Of a stretch of 64,000 nucleotides of DNA, positions 1-9,159 are shown in pieces. The notes under the pieces were generated by a model that was given only the letters and a program-made list of their open reading frames with translations, was not told the origin of the DNA and did no database searches. The stretch covers positions 32,001 through 96,000 of IMG/VR virus record IMGVR_UViG_3300045988_168232, one strand, 5' to 3'. Source of the stretch: a virus. Each line of letters opens with the position of its first letter. The stretch's first letter is position 1. The translations under genes were made by a program, and so were the position numbers.

Positions 1-130
1 AAATCATTGGGAACTGGTGTGCCTCCGCTTTTTCGATGCATAATTTGTCATACTTCTCAAAGTCGGACTGGAAACTGGTCATAACATCTGAAACGATGTT
101 GCGCATCTGTTTTATAATTGTATCATTCAT
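1..130 (-). CDS. hypothetical protein (partial, runs off the left edge)
   Basis: ATG at complement 128-130 opens a frame (MNDTIIKQMRNIVSDVMTSF...) that reaches position 1 without a stop. Confidence 0.35.
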   Translation of the reverse strand, partial: MNDTIIKQMRNIVSDVMTSFQSDFEKYDKLCIEKAEAHQFPMI

Positions 131-221
131 AACTCCATGTTTTTAAATATTAGGTGAGAAATGCTTGTTGTTTTTACTAACGGATGTTAATGTGGACATT
201 TTGTTAATGCTTTGAGCTTCG

Positions 222-503
222 CTATATGTTCACGACTTTATAGTATTTCAGTTCTCCGATATATCCACGTCTCCGTAATTCATCAAAGATTGCATCATCA
301 GTGAGGTTGGAAATACTAAATACAATTTGTTGCTCAGGTTTTATGCCGGCACGTTGTTGTTCTTTAAGTGTTCTTCTTTCTTCCCTGCAACATTCTTTAC
401 AAGTGCTCCAGAATCCATCTTTTGAAGTACGATGGCGGTAGAACATAGATGTAGAAAGCAATCTACCACAATGTTTGCACACTTTAGTTCCTTCTGCTGG
501 CAT
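222..503 (-). CDS. small zinc-ribbon protein
   Basis: 93-aa ORF with CxxC...CxxC (CKHCG...CKECC). Tightly packed against the neighbouring gene. Confidence 0.5.
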   Translation of the reverse strand: MPAEGTKVCKHCGRLLSTSMFYRHRTSKDGFWSTCKECCREERRTLKEQQRAGIKPEQQIVFSISNLTDDAIFDELRRRGYIGELKYYKVVNI

Positions 504-507
504 ATTA

Positions 508-711
508 TCACGACATTAAATTCAACATTCGGAATCCGACTTTATAGAACTCCAACCAAAATTTTCGTATTGATGGGGACAGCTTGGGGGAGTGGTACAT
601 AAGCACTCCCCATGCCAACCCTAATATTATGCCAACGATACTGTCTGAGCATATAAATATGCATGGAAAAAGCAATATTGTTCCCACCAAATATATTATC
701 ACTGATTTCAT
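508..711 (-). CDS. small membrane protein
   Basis: 67-aa ORF with two hydrophobic segments. Its stop lies 4 nt from the start of the next gene. Confidence 0.45.
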   Translation of the reverse strand: MKSVIIYLVGTILLFPCIFICSDSIVGIILGLAWGVLMYHSPKLSPSIRKFWLEFYKVGFRMLNLMS

Positions 712-789
712 TTTGAATATCTTATTATTTTGCTACCTGAACATGAAAGTATTCTTGTTGCGCGTCTGATTTTAACTTTTACTCTCATC

Positions 790-1356
790 TTATGCTACTT
801 TTACGTTTAAACCAAGTGCATTGGCGCATTCTTGTACACTGGCTGTACGGAACACCCAGCCCTCGCCACCATTCAAACGGCTATTATAAACTCCTTTAAA
901 TTGTTCTTTGAGAATTTTGCGCAAAGGCTTTGTCTCTCCACGCAACACCCAACACTTGTCATTGTATTTTTCAAATGTCAATCCAAGTTTCTTGATTGCT
1001 TTTGTGTCTGTGATAGCTATCAAGGTATCATTGTCTTTACTTTCCTTGGTTTCTTTTTGTGCCTCTGATTTTTGTTGCTTCTCTTGCTTTTTGAACTTTT
1101 CAGCCATTTCTTTGGCTCCAGCTGTTTTGCTGTTCTTGGATTTTGATTTTGCCTCTGGTTTTGGTGTTTCATTTGCGGACACTTCGACCTCCACGACTAC
1201 TCCTGTATTACCTGATTTAATTTCCGTTACTCTGGTGTCAAAAGCCTCTTTAACCTGACCGCAAATGTTATTTGCGACGGCTTTCAAGTCATCAACGGTA
1301 TCATATTTTGCAAATACGCTTGTGAAATTACACTTCACTTCAATGTTTGTTGTCAT
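790..1356 (-). CDS. hypothetical protein with a Lys/Glu-rich linker
   Basis: ORF track gives 790..1407, but the first 17 codons overlap a terminator hairpin. The internal ATG (MTTNIEVK) at 1356 is the likely start. Confidence 0.55.
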   Translation of the reverse strand: MTTNIEVKCNFTSVFAKYDTVDDLKAVANNICGQVKEAFDTRVTEIKSGNTGVVVEVEVSANETPKPEAKSKSKNSKTAGAKEMAEKFKKQEKQQKSEAQKETKESKDNDTLIAITDTKAIKKLGLTFEKYNDKCWVLRGETKPLRKILKEQFKGVYNSRLNGGEGWVFRTASVQECANALGLNVKVA

Positions 1357-1385
1357 ATCTTTAAATTTTTGATTTTTGAATAAAA

Positions 1386-1414
1386 ACGGCTGACACCAAA
1401 GAGGCATCAGCCGT
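1386..1414 (-). terminator. rho-independent terminator (minus strand)
   Basis: 8-bp stem acggctga/tcagccgt, followed on the minus strand by TTTTTATT. Sits just downstream of the small ORF 1439..1606. Confidence 0.55.
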
Positions 1415-1438
1415 CAGATTTGAAAATATTGCAGATCA

Positions 1439-1606
1439 TTATTCGTCTGCCAATGGGTCACGTGATTCAATTTCGTCTGTAATGTCCTCGATGTCGGCAG
1501 CGAGCAATTCAATTTTTATATCGTCATTGCATGCCATCATTTCATTTTGAATCCGTTCACGTTCTTGTTCCAGCTCGTAAACTGTCATTTCTGCATAATT
1601 TGCCAT
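1439..1606 (-). CDS. small acidic hypothetical protein (55 aa)
   Basis: Hand-translated as MANYAEMTVYELEQERERIQNEMMACNDDIKIELLAADIEDITDEIESRDPLADE. Below the ORF-track size cutoff, but it fills the gap and is followed by a terminator. Confidence 0.4.
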   Translation of the reverse strand: MANYAEMTVYELEQERERIQNEMMACNDDIKIELLAADIEDITDEIESRDPLADE

Positions 1607-1628
1607 AATTTTTGAATTTAGTTAGTAA

Positions 1629-1934
1629 TCAATCAAGTATAATATGTTTCCTGTGACTTTTGCGGTTCACCACCATTACAAGGGCACATTCCGCTCCATG
1701 TTTCCTACAAAGATTGTACATCTCTGCCACGCTTTTTGATGCCGGTATGAGCCGATTCTCATACATAAAGTAATATTTGGTCACTTTCTTGCCGTTCGAG
1801 CTTGTTGTCTCATCCAGCACGACTTTTTGTATTGAAGCGTTGTTCACCGCAATGGTGTCATTCTTTACCTCGGTCTGGGCATAGATTGATATGCTCCCTG
1901 CAAATAAGGCGAGAGCCAAAATGATTCGTTTCAT
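1629..1934 (-). CDS. secreted hypothetical protein
   Basis: N-terminal signal-peptide-like MKRIILALALFAGSISIYAQ. Confidence 0.55.
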   Translation of the reverse strand: MKRIILALALFAGSISIYAQTEVKNDTIAVNNASIQKVVLDETTSSNGKKVTKYYFMYENRLIPASKSVAEMYNLCRKHGAECALVMVVNRKSHRKHIILD

Positions 1935-1952
1935 GTTGTCTGTGATTAATGA

Positions 1953-2318
1953 TTAGTCTTCGTTTTTCAATTCGTACTCTATGGTTTCGTATTCCTTGGT
2001 AGCATAAAGCCATCCGTATAATTCCCGGTGGTTTTCGAGAGCGTCCACCACCTTGAAATAAGTCTCCTTTGTAACGCGGATGGCCTCATAGAATATGCCG
2101 GCATCCGCGTCATCATAAATCAGATACCACGCCCCGTCCTTGTCTGTACCATAGCATACATTATCCACCACGTTCAGAACATTAAAGAACATGCTGTCAT
2201 TTTCATCTTCTGTTTGTACTACCTTAGCCGTTTCTTGGCTAGTATTTTGCGCTGAGATAAATGACGTGCCCGCAATGACTACAAAGAGGGCGCACAAAAT
2301 GGTTGCTGAATGTCTCAT
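1953..2318 (-). CDS. secreted hypothetical protein
   Basis: Internal ATG gives MRHSATILCALFVVIAGTSFISAQ, which looks like a signal peptide. The ORF-track start at 2342 is probably too long. Confidence 0.55.
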   Translation of the reverse strand: MRHSATILCALFVVIAGTSFISAQNTSQETAKVVQTEDENDSMFFNVLNVVDNVCYGTDKDGAWYLIYDDADAGIFYEAIRVTKETYFKVVDALENHRELYGWLYATKEYETIEYELKNED

Positions 2319-2544
2319 CGTTTTAATTCTTAAAAAGGTCATAGATTGTTTTGCGCTTTGCAGTAACGTTCTGTGATTTCGGAAGATAGAATGTCATTGA
2401 TGCGTTTGCTACTGACATAATTTTCACGTTTGTTCTTGAAATTCTTGCACGTCTCATGATATTGTTGTTTTAGATGTTAATTATAATTTTGAGTTCGTAT
2501 CAATAACCGTAGGCTGTTAGGTTTATGCTGAGGTTGTTTTTGAT

Positions 2545-2763
2545 TCAGCACCAGCCGGCAAGTGGATTTGGATTATCAGCGCCACAAGCGATTGCACCTC
2601 TTAGGTCGATAATACTCATTTTGATATTATCTCGCAATTCGTTTAGTTTCACAACTTTCGCCATGATTTCCGGTGTCTGGGCTATACATTTAAGTGAGTG
2701 AATTTCTTTGTTGACTTGCGTTAGCTGTAAACACAAGTCTCTCAGTATTTGGAAATTTGTCAT
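2545..2763 (-). CDS. hypothetical protein
   Basis: 72-aa ORF co-oriented with its neighbours. No recognisable motif. Confidence 0.4.
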   Translation of the reverse strand: MTNFQILRDLCLQLTQVNKEIHSLKCIAQTPEIMAKVVKLNELRDNIKMSIIDLRGAIACGADNPNPLAGWC

Positions 2764-2780
2764 TGCCTTTGATTTTATAG

Positions 2781-3260
2781 TTATCTTTTCTCCATTCTTA
2801 TACCATTCGCCAACTTTGTAGAAAAGCTTATTTTAGTTCCACATTTACGAGAAGGTCTTTTGCCCTTAGCTGCATAAAAAAGTTCTTCCGCATCCATCAT
2901 ATAGATGGGCTTGGAAGTGTCACGACATTCAAATTCAGCCATGTTTCGGTTGGTCCCTGGGTGCAGTGCGGTTACACGCTTTCCTTTTACGATGTAGTAT
3001 GCTCTAAACCGGGCATTTTGCCCATATTGCGATTGTACCCTTAATTCAAACTCCAAAGTCCTACCACGGACACACCAAAAGTTACCAATTTTTCCGATTG
3101 CCACTTCACGACGGTTTATGCTGCACCGACCGATAAATTCAATATCTCCACGTTCAAAGTTGCTGTTTGCTATTTGTGCTTCTGCAATACGCATCAGCCC
3201 GACTGCATAAGCGTTCAGTTCCGATTTGGGCATGGAAGTCCCTTTGATTGTTGCTGTCAT
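2781..3260 (-). CDS. hypothetical protein
   Basis: 159-aa ORF with tight spacing. No recognisable motif. Confidence 0.5.
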   Translation of the reverse strand: MTATIKGTSMPKSELNAYAVGLMRIAEAQIANSNFERGDIEFIGRCSINRREVAIGKIGNFWCVRGRTLEFELRVQSQYGQNARFRAYYIVKGKRVTALHPGTNRNMAEFECRDTSKPIYMMDAEELFYAAKGKRPSRKCGTKISFSTKLANGIRMEKR

Positions 3261-3272
3261 AGTTTTCTGATT

Positions 3273-3479
3273 TTATTTGTTTGAACTCAAAGCCTCTTCT
3301 TCTTCCACAGAACCGCACCAACAGTCAAGAAAGTAGTTTTTTTGCTCTTCTGTGGGCTCATTTACGTTATAGGCTGCACAATATGCCTGCCAACTTGCAT
3401 CCGACTCAGGCATATTATTATTACAACTAGAGAAAACTGATACGGTAAAAACCATTATGGAGAAAATAATCGCTTTCAT
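3273..3479 (-). CDS. putative lipoprotein
   Basis: MKAIIFSIMVFTVSVFSSC resembles a signal peptide plus lipobox Cys. Confidence 0.5.
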   Translation of the reverse strand: MKAIIFSIMVFTVSVFSSCNNNMPESDASWQAYCAAYNVNEPTEEQKNYFLDCWCGSVEEEEALSSNK

Positions 3480-3564
3480 TTTGCTTTGATTTTTAGAATT
3501 AATACTTAGTGAGTGGGGAAGGCTTGAACTTCCACAATGCCGCCACGTTCACCCAAACCCTTTC

Positions 3565-4206
3565 TCAGAATTGCACCAGTTCTTTTTTGATTTCGATAAC
3601 CTTGCGCACTACATTTCCGTTTGTGTCTTTGTCAAAGCGTACAATATACACGTGTTCCAAGCCTTCCCAATCCAAGTCACTAAGCACGTTCTTTTCGTTT
3701 TCCTTTTCAAAGTTGTTTTTTTGTTTCAGACCTTTAAGAATAGTTGCGACGCTCCATTTGTTGTCCGCTATCGGAGTAAGCATATAACGGCTAATTGGTT
3801 TTCCGTCCACCTTTTCAGCCTCTTCTTTCGTGAACACCCGGAAAAAAGTTTCCATATCACGCAAGCCCATACGTTCCACGTCTTCTGCACATGGTTGATA
3901 CTTTGCGGGCACATTCCTGAACACAAAGGCACGTGTTCCTTTATCCTCAACATTTTTCATGCCTTCGTGCCAACCGTCCATAAGCAATGCCGGAGTATAG
4001 CCTTTCTTCTTTCCATTCTTTTCAAAACGTGACACACCATGTGCGCTCATCCATTGTTCCACAGTAAGTCCGTTACAGTCGGGAAGTTGTTTTGTGTACA
4101 GTCCGTCAAACTGTTTCAAGACTTGTGATAACTGTGACGTCAAGTCTAAAATACCTCTTGCGCCCTTGTTTTCTTGTGCTTTTGTAATTGTTACTTGAGT
4201 TGACAT
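3565..4206 (-). CDS. hypothetical protein
   Basis: The ORF-track start at 4227 is a GTG. The ATG at 4206 (MSTQVTITK) is preferred. Confidence 0.55.
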   Translation of the reverse strand: MSTQVTITKAQENKGARGILDLTSQLSQVLKQFDGLYTKQLPDCNGLTVEQWMSAHGVSRFEKNGKKKGYTPALLMDGWHEGMKNVEDKGTRAFVFRNVPAKYQPCAEDVERMGLRDMETFFRVFTKEEAEKVDGKPISRYMLTPIADNKWSVATILKGLKQKNNFEKENEKNVLSDLDWEGLEHVYIVRFDKDTNGNVVRKVIEIKKELVQF

Positions 4207-5048
4207 AACGATATAGTAACCCCACACGTGAGCGGTTACAACTGCTTTAAAATGAATAAATTGATTGAATTGTGGGTACGGGAACGCATTGCAGTCCCCA
4301 GCGCCGCTTTTAGTACGGACTTACCCTATAAAGTGTTTTTGAATTGTTGATTCATTACAACGGGTGCAACTTGTGCTCCTGCACCTAACACAGACACGCC
4401 AACCCAGTGGTTACATCAGTGCGCTTCGCTTGCGCTGCCTTACACGTACTTGCGCAATGTATTTTGAACATTCTGTATATTTTTGCATTGGATAACGGTC
4501 CCAATAGCGGGAACCTGTGGGCGTACTTTGCCCACGCACAGGCATATCAATCCCATGACTTGCACTACAACCTTATTATGCCTTGTATCTCTCACATACT
4601 TTCTTTACTTGCATTTCGTACCTATTGCTTAACATAGTTAAGCCAAATTTTCATACATAGTACAAAAGTGGTATTTTGCCGAAATGCTTTTAAGCGGATA
4701 AAAATTTCAAATGATATATGCAACACGCTTGCTGCACTGTAAGAGTGATTGTCGGTGTTATCCGTTGCTCAAATCTTACACCCCAATATTGAAGTGGTCT
4801 TTGGACGATTACAACAGTGAATGAAAATTTTTTTTGAGAAAGTGCTTTTATTATATAATATAATGTATGATGGGGGGTATTCTGTTATTAAGTTGTTGAA
4901 AATCAGTTAAATACAATAAAGTTACTTTCCTTGTAAAAATTGTTTGAATAATATTTTTAAATGACTGAAAAAGGCTTGAAAAAAGGTTTAGGGTTATTTT
5001 ATTGTTAAAATAATGTTAAAAAATGGAGTTTTTCATATATATAAAGTT

Positions 5049-5074
5049 GTTTCACTTTCAAAAAATAGTGAAAC
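5049..5074. promoter_or_regulatory. inverted pair of the recurrent GTTTCAC motif (GTTTCACT-N10-AGTGAAAC)
   Basis: Read directly: gtttcactttcaaaaaatagtgaaac. The same core recurs at 5185, 11557, 11626 and 13775, always between genes. Confidence 0.5.
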
Positions 5075-5184
5075 AAGAAAATGTAAATCAATGTAAATTT
5101 CTGAAAAATAGATATTTAAGCAAGTTGTAATCAAATAAATATATATTAACATTTGTGGTAATGAATTTATACAAATAAAATAAG

Positions 5185-5208
5185 GTTCACTTTTGTAGAA
5201 AGTGAAAC
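5185..5208. promoter_or_regulatory. second, imperfect inverted pair of the GTTTCAC motif
   Basis: ggttcacttttgtagaaagtgaaac. The right half is an exact AAAGTGAAAC. Confidence 0.45.
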
Positions 5209-6451
5209 AAAAATAAGCCACTATGTTGGCTAACTAATTGAAAATAAATAAAATAACTGGGTGGGTGGCTCACTTGCTCTTCAAAGCGGATGTAAATTTT
5301 TCCCGATTTTCAAATTTCGATTTTTAGGCATATTTTACTTATATAAGGAACTCACATCAGTTCCACAAAACACCATAATATCAAAAAACTTTGTGAAAAA
5401 ATTATTATCAGAATTATAATTTTGTCTTAAATCATAGTTTCTGTCTGATTTTCAATGTTTTATATATTTCTACATGTTTTTGGTGAACGGAAGAATTTCC
5501 GAATCCTTGTTTTGCTGACAGCTATAATCACCTGCTATTTGCTCGGAAATACCCTTTTCCTTGATTTTGCGACATTTTCTTCGTTGAAATGAATACTTGT
5601 AAGTCAAAGGAAAAATAAGGGCTAAAAATGGCTTAAAATGTAAATCATGGAATCGGTTTGGGCTATCCCAGATTTCTTCTCATGATTATTTGGTCATAAA
5701 TCCCCGAATTTTTATATTGCTACTAATTTCTTGAAAATATTTCAAACACTAAAAATCGCTCATGTACAAACTCCAAATTTTTCCCGACCCCAAATTTCAA
5801 ATTCAGTTTTTCGGTATGTGCCCAGTGGTTAACGGCGAAAGGAGGGGCTAAATGGGGTGGAATGAGAATAGGTGCGTAAGCACAGGGGAATTTTTGCGGA
5901 GCAAAAAGGCGCAAGCCCAACAGTGAGCGAAAAAGTAAAATTAAAATTTAAAGCTGGGAATGGAACTGCGCCTACAGTTCAAAAACTTAATTTTCAAATT
6001 AAAGCTGGAATAATCCTTACAATGTTTTAGCTCTCTCCTAAAATGCCTAAACAGTCTTTGTTTATTTACTGGGAATGGGAGTGCAATATTATAGTGGTTG
6101 TCCTACAAGTTACGGGCACTCGCGCACGCGCCAGACTTTTTCGAGTTTTTTCTTCGAACTTGTGAGAAGAAAAACGAGAAAAAGACTGTTTTTCTTTTTT
6201 AGGTAATTTCTCTTTTCTCTTTTTCTTTATTTATTTCTTTTTCTTTAAGGGGTCCAGGGGATTTTTCTTTTTCTTGTTTTTTCTTTTTCGGTTTTCTCTT
6301 TATCGACCTTTTCTTTTTACCAGAACCTGCCGTTTTCAGAACTGTCGGTACAAAAAGTGCGCCGAACTTCACAGCCCAGCGCACTTACCAAAATCCAAAA
6401 TTATTTGCTTTATCCAAGTATTAATAGTCTCGTCATCACAAAACCTCAGTT

Positions 6452-6748
6452 TTATTCTACCATGACTTCTTTTCCATACACTAATGCGGTTTGAAGTTCT
6501 GCCAGACATCCTTTAGACTTTTGCCAGTTCTTGCAGAGATAAATCATATCACAATCGAGCAATGCCGCTATACATTTGCTCATCGCTTCGTTATATGGGG
6601 TGTTTACAGACCGTACCACATCGAACGGGGTAATGACTTCATGGTCTTTCTGGACAAGATTGGTTGCTACAACAAATGCATGATTGCGTTGGTCGTTGTA
6701 ATTCTCACCAGTTATAGGAATTGAAACATAAACTTTCTTCATTATCAC
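6452..6748 (-). CDS. DUF4406-like protein (nucleoside 2-deoxyribosyltransferase-like)
   Basis: 98 aa. VYVSIPITG...ITPF...LLDCDMIYLCKNWQKSKGCLAELQTA fits my recollection of the DUF4406 pattern. Not searched. Confidence 0.5.
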   Translation of the reverse strand: MIMKKVYVSIPITGENYNDQRNHAFVVATNLVQKDHEVITPFDVVRSVNTPYNEAMSKCIAALLDCDMIYLCKNWQKSKGCLAELQTALVYGKEVMVE

Positions 6749-6916
6749 AATTTTTAAATCACATTGCTGTTATCACGTCTTTATTTGCGCCGTTTATTTG
6801 CTCTACGCTCTCTACGATTGGGTTTTCTGACTTCTTCAATTCTCACTATCGCATCTTGCTTTGGAATATCAAGAAGAATGTCTGTATGCTTGATTGATGA
6901 TACTGTCAGAATCGCA

Positions 6917-7174
6917 CTAATTAAAATTTGGCTTATCATGATTTTTATCTATTTCGTTTGCTGGCAGCCATGAAAACTGCCATTGATGGTTTGATGAAAA
7001 ACATTGAGTAATTTGGCCAAGGTCAAAAAACGCTGCATTAAAATTGTTTATTTTCAAGAATTTGTGTACTGAATCATCTTCAGTACGACAATGCAGATAA
7101 ATGTTTGCCCCCTGCTCTGGATAACATGAGAATGTATTCCAGTTCAACGCTGTCAGATATTCCCTAAAACTCAT
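6917..7174 (-). CDS. hypothetical protein
   Basis: The internal ATG at 7174 (MSFREYL) sits 1 nt after the upstream stop. The track start at 7207 would overlap by 32 nt. Confidence 0.45.
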   Translation of the reverse strand: MSFREYLTALNWNTFSCYPEQGANIYLHCRTEDDSVHKFLKINNFNAAFFDLGQITQCFSSNHQWQFSWLPANEIDKNHDKPNFN

Positions 7175-7175
7175 A

Positions 7176-7481
7176 TCAATCAAACTTGAACCTATGGTCA
7201 GGAACAATTAAACCTTGCTGCTGTTTCCAGCCTTTTTCTTTTTTCAGTTTGTTGAATTTTTCAATCAAATCAACCATAACACTGTCACTTACGTGACCAA
7301 GATGGAAATACACACATCCGTCTATATTCCGGCAGTCTTTGACAGTCTTCTCAGGGCATTTTACAACAAGTTTGCCATTTTCCATAACTGGTTGGAAACC
7401 ATAGTCTGATAATTTGGAATCCAGTGCGACTACTGTTAGATTTTTAAATTTTTGATACTCAAAATGAATAGGTCTGCTCAT
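7176..7481 (-). CDS. hypothetical protein
   Basis: 101-aa ORF co-oriented with its neighbours. Confidence 0.5.
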   Translation of the reverse strand: MSRPIHFEYQKFKNLTVVALDSKLSDYGFQPVMENGKLVVKCPEKTVKDCRNIDGCVYFHLGHVSDSVMVDLIEKFNKLKKEKGWKQQQGLIVPDHRFKFD

Positions 7482-7516
7482 AGATTAAACATTTAAACTA
7501 TAACTGCTCTAATCAA

Positions 7517-8098
7517 TTAATCATATTCCTCTTCTTCAGCTAGATCGTGGCCCGGCTCAAGAACATGATTGTCGTATGCGTTTTTTATATCATCTTTAGT
7601 AAGGCTCATGATGCTTGTTTTTCTGGTAGCCTTGCGTATTCTTGTATATATGCCGGAATCTTCTCCTTCCACCAAGTCATTAAGATGTTGAATCGCTGTA
7701 TAATTGAGTTTACGTATTCTGCCGGCCCCACGTTGGCCATTTGGGGCTTCCTGTAACAATCCTACTTTTCGTAGGGAATATAAACAGGAACTTACTGTGG
7801 GTGTTGAGATTTTAATTTTAATAGCAAGCTCTTTAACTGATGATGCGCATTCTCCGCGTTCATTAGTCTCTTCAAGAATAGTGGACACAATCATTAATTC
7901 ATTATGTGTCAAATAGTATATTAACACTTTTGGAATAGGAAGTACCATTCCATTAAAGACTTGCTCATTCTCCACTGAGGCAAGCACTTGATATTTAATT
8001 TTTGGCAAGACAATCCCTGTCTTTAATTGCTTCGGATCAATCTTGATAACGATTGGTTCCGGTTTTGCGAGTATCGCTTTTTGTGGTATTCGTTTCAT
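7517..8098 (-). CDS. putative winged-helix DNA-binding protein
   Basis: HTH-like segment SVKELAIKIKISTPTVSSCLYSLRKVGLLQE. First gene of a leftward unit, divergent from 8269. Confidence 0.45.
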   Translation of the reverse strand: MKRIPQKAILAKPEPIVIKIDPKQLKTGIVLPKIKYQVLASVENEQVFNGMVLPIPKVLIYYLTHNELMIVSTILEETNERGECASSVKELAIKIKISTPTVSSCLYSLRKVGLLQEAPNGQRGAGRIRKLNYTAIQHLNDLVEGEDSGIYTRIRKATRKTSIMSLTKDDIKNAYDNHVLEPGHDLAEEEEYD

Positions 8099-8233
8099 GC
8101 CATGTTATTATTCATGACACTGCCTTGATCACGTCAGGATATATCCTCATATATAATTAGTTGCAAAGCTATTAAAAAATAAAATTCGGTCAAAATAATC
8201 CGCATTATTTGAGTTGGATTTAAGTTTTAATCG

Positions 8234-8241
8234 TACCTTTG
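8234..8241 (+). promoter_or_regulatory. Bacteroidetes-type -7 promoter element (TAccTTTG)
   Basis: Matches the TAnnTTTG consensus 28 nt upstream of the ATG at 8269, inside a divergent intergenic region. Confidence 0.35.
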
Positions 8242-8268
8242 TCAATTTCTAATTTTCAATAATATGAT

Positions 8269-9138
8269 ATGAAAACATTAGACCAAATAATCAGATATAC
8301 ATCCCAATGCAGATTCCCAGATGACGACTGGCAGAAGGTACTTGCTTATTGTCGTGAGCGTTTTAAAGGAGGTAAGATACATAAGGCTTTATCTCCGATA
8401 TCTGAATCATCATATGACCAATTTGTTAACTGGCTTGATTCAGGATTCGGTTCTGGAGATTTGGTCAGTTATGGTAAAACAATGGGGGTAATAGGTGATT
8501 GTACGCCCAAAGTCACAACTCTTATTGCGTATTGTGACTATGAAGAGAATCTTATAGTCAAAAAAATGAATGTTCAGGACGTTTTAAGGCTAAAACGTCT
8601 TGATGAGGAAAGAAGCAGGGAGTTGAAAAAGAAAATTTATGAACGTGGTCTTGATATTGTTGTAAGAAACGCAAAATTGTCTGAGCTGTACATCCCCAAG
8701 AAAAATTTCTATGTCACTTTAGGTGATAGTGAATATGGAGATTTAAGTGTCGGAATATACTTAGAATCAAATGGTTGTTCACATCATTTCTCTGCTTTCT
8801 TAAATAAGAATGGTAAACTTGAAATGGATTGTTGGATAGACATTGAGTGTACACCATTTAGGTCGGCTACCGAGAAAGATATTCAAAGATTACATCAAGC
8901 CACATCTAATGCCGGATGGTCCTTTAACGGAAGAACCAATACGTTTATCAAAATGCCTAAGCGTGGACATAATAATGTTTACTGGTATATGAATGATCGG
9001 TTTGAAATTGTGCTGGATAAAGATAATGGCTCCAAGAAACATACAGAACGATATGATGCCGGAAATTATTTTCTTGACAATACTGAAGCGTTGCTATTCA
9101 TGAAAGAAGTTAGGAACATGAGAAATGGAGGAGTTTAA
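8269..9138 (+). CDS. hypothetical protein
   Basis: 289-aa ORF, the only plus-strand gene in the leftward block. Confidence 0.55.
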   Translation: MKTLDQIIRYTSQCRFPDDDWQKVLAYCRERFKGGKIHKALSPISESSYDQFVNWLDSGFGSGDLVSYGKTMGVIGDCTPKVTTLIAYCDYEENLIVKKMNVQDVLRLKRLDEERSRELKKKIYERGLDIVVRNAKLSELYIPKKNFYVTLGDSEYGDLSVGIYLESNGCSHHFSAFLNKNGKLEMDCWIDIECTPFRSATEKDIQRLHQATSNAGWSFNGRTNTFIKMPKRGHNNVYWYMNDRFEIVLDKDNGSKKHTERYDAGNYFLDNTEALLFMKEVRNMRNGGV

Positions 9139-9159
9139 TATACCCCTCCATTCTTGTTT

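Noticed and set aside
790-1407. N-terminal extensions proposed by the ORF track for several genes (790-1407, 1953-2342, 3565-4227, 6917-7207, 23308-24633, 49062-49841, 59916-60446, 61103-61732)
   Set aside because: The extensions overlap terminators, upstream genes or promoter-like motifs, or they use GTG/TTG codons. Internal ATGs give signal peptides, paralog-consistent N-termini or clean gene spacing.
6199-6384. 61-aa Lys-rich ORF (GTG start)
   Set aside because: It is a direct translation of the polypurine tract on the minus strand, it has a non-ATG start and it is low-complexity. It is treated as non-coding unless expression data say otherwise.
4650-6450. Possible CRISPR array or tRNA cluster in the ORF-poor region
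   Set aside because: There are no regularly spaced identical repeats of 24-40 nt and no GGTTCGAATCC-type T-arm or cloverleaf. The repeats present are short, imperfect and irregularly spaced.
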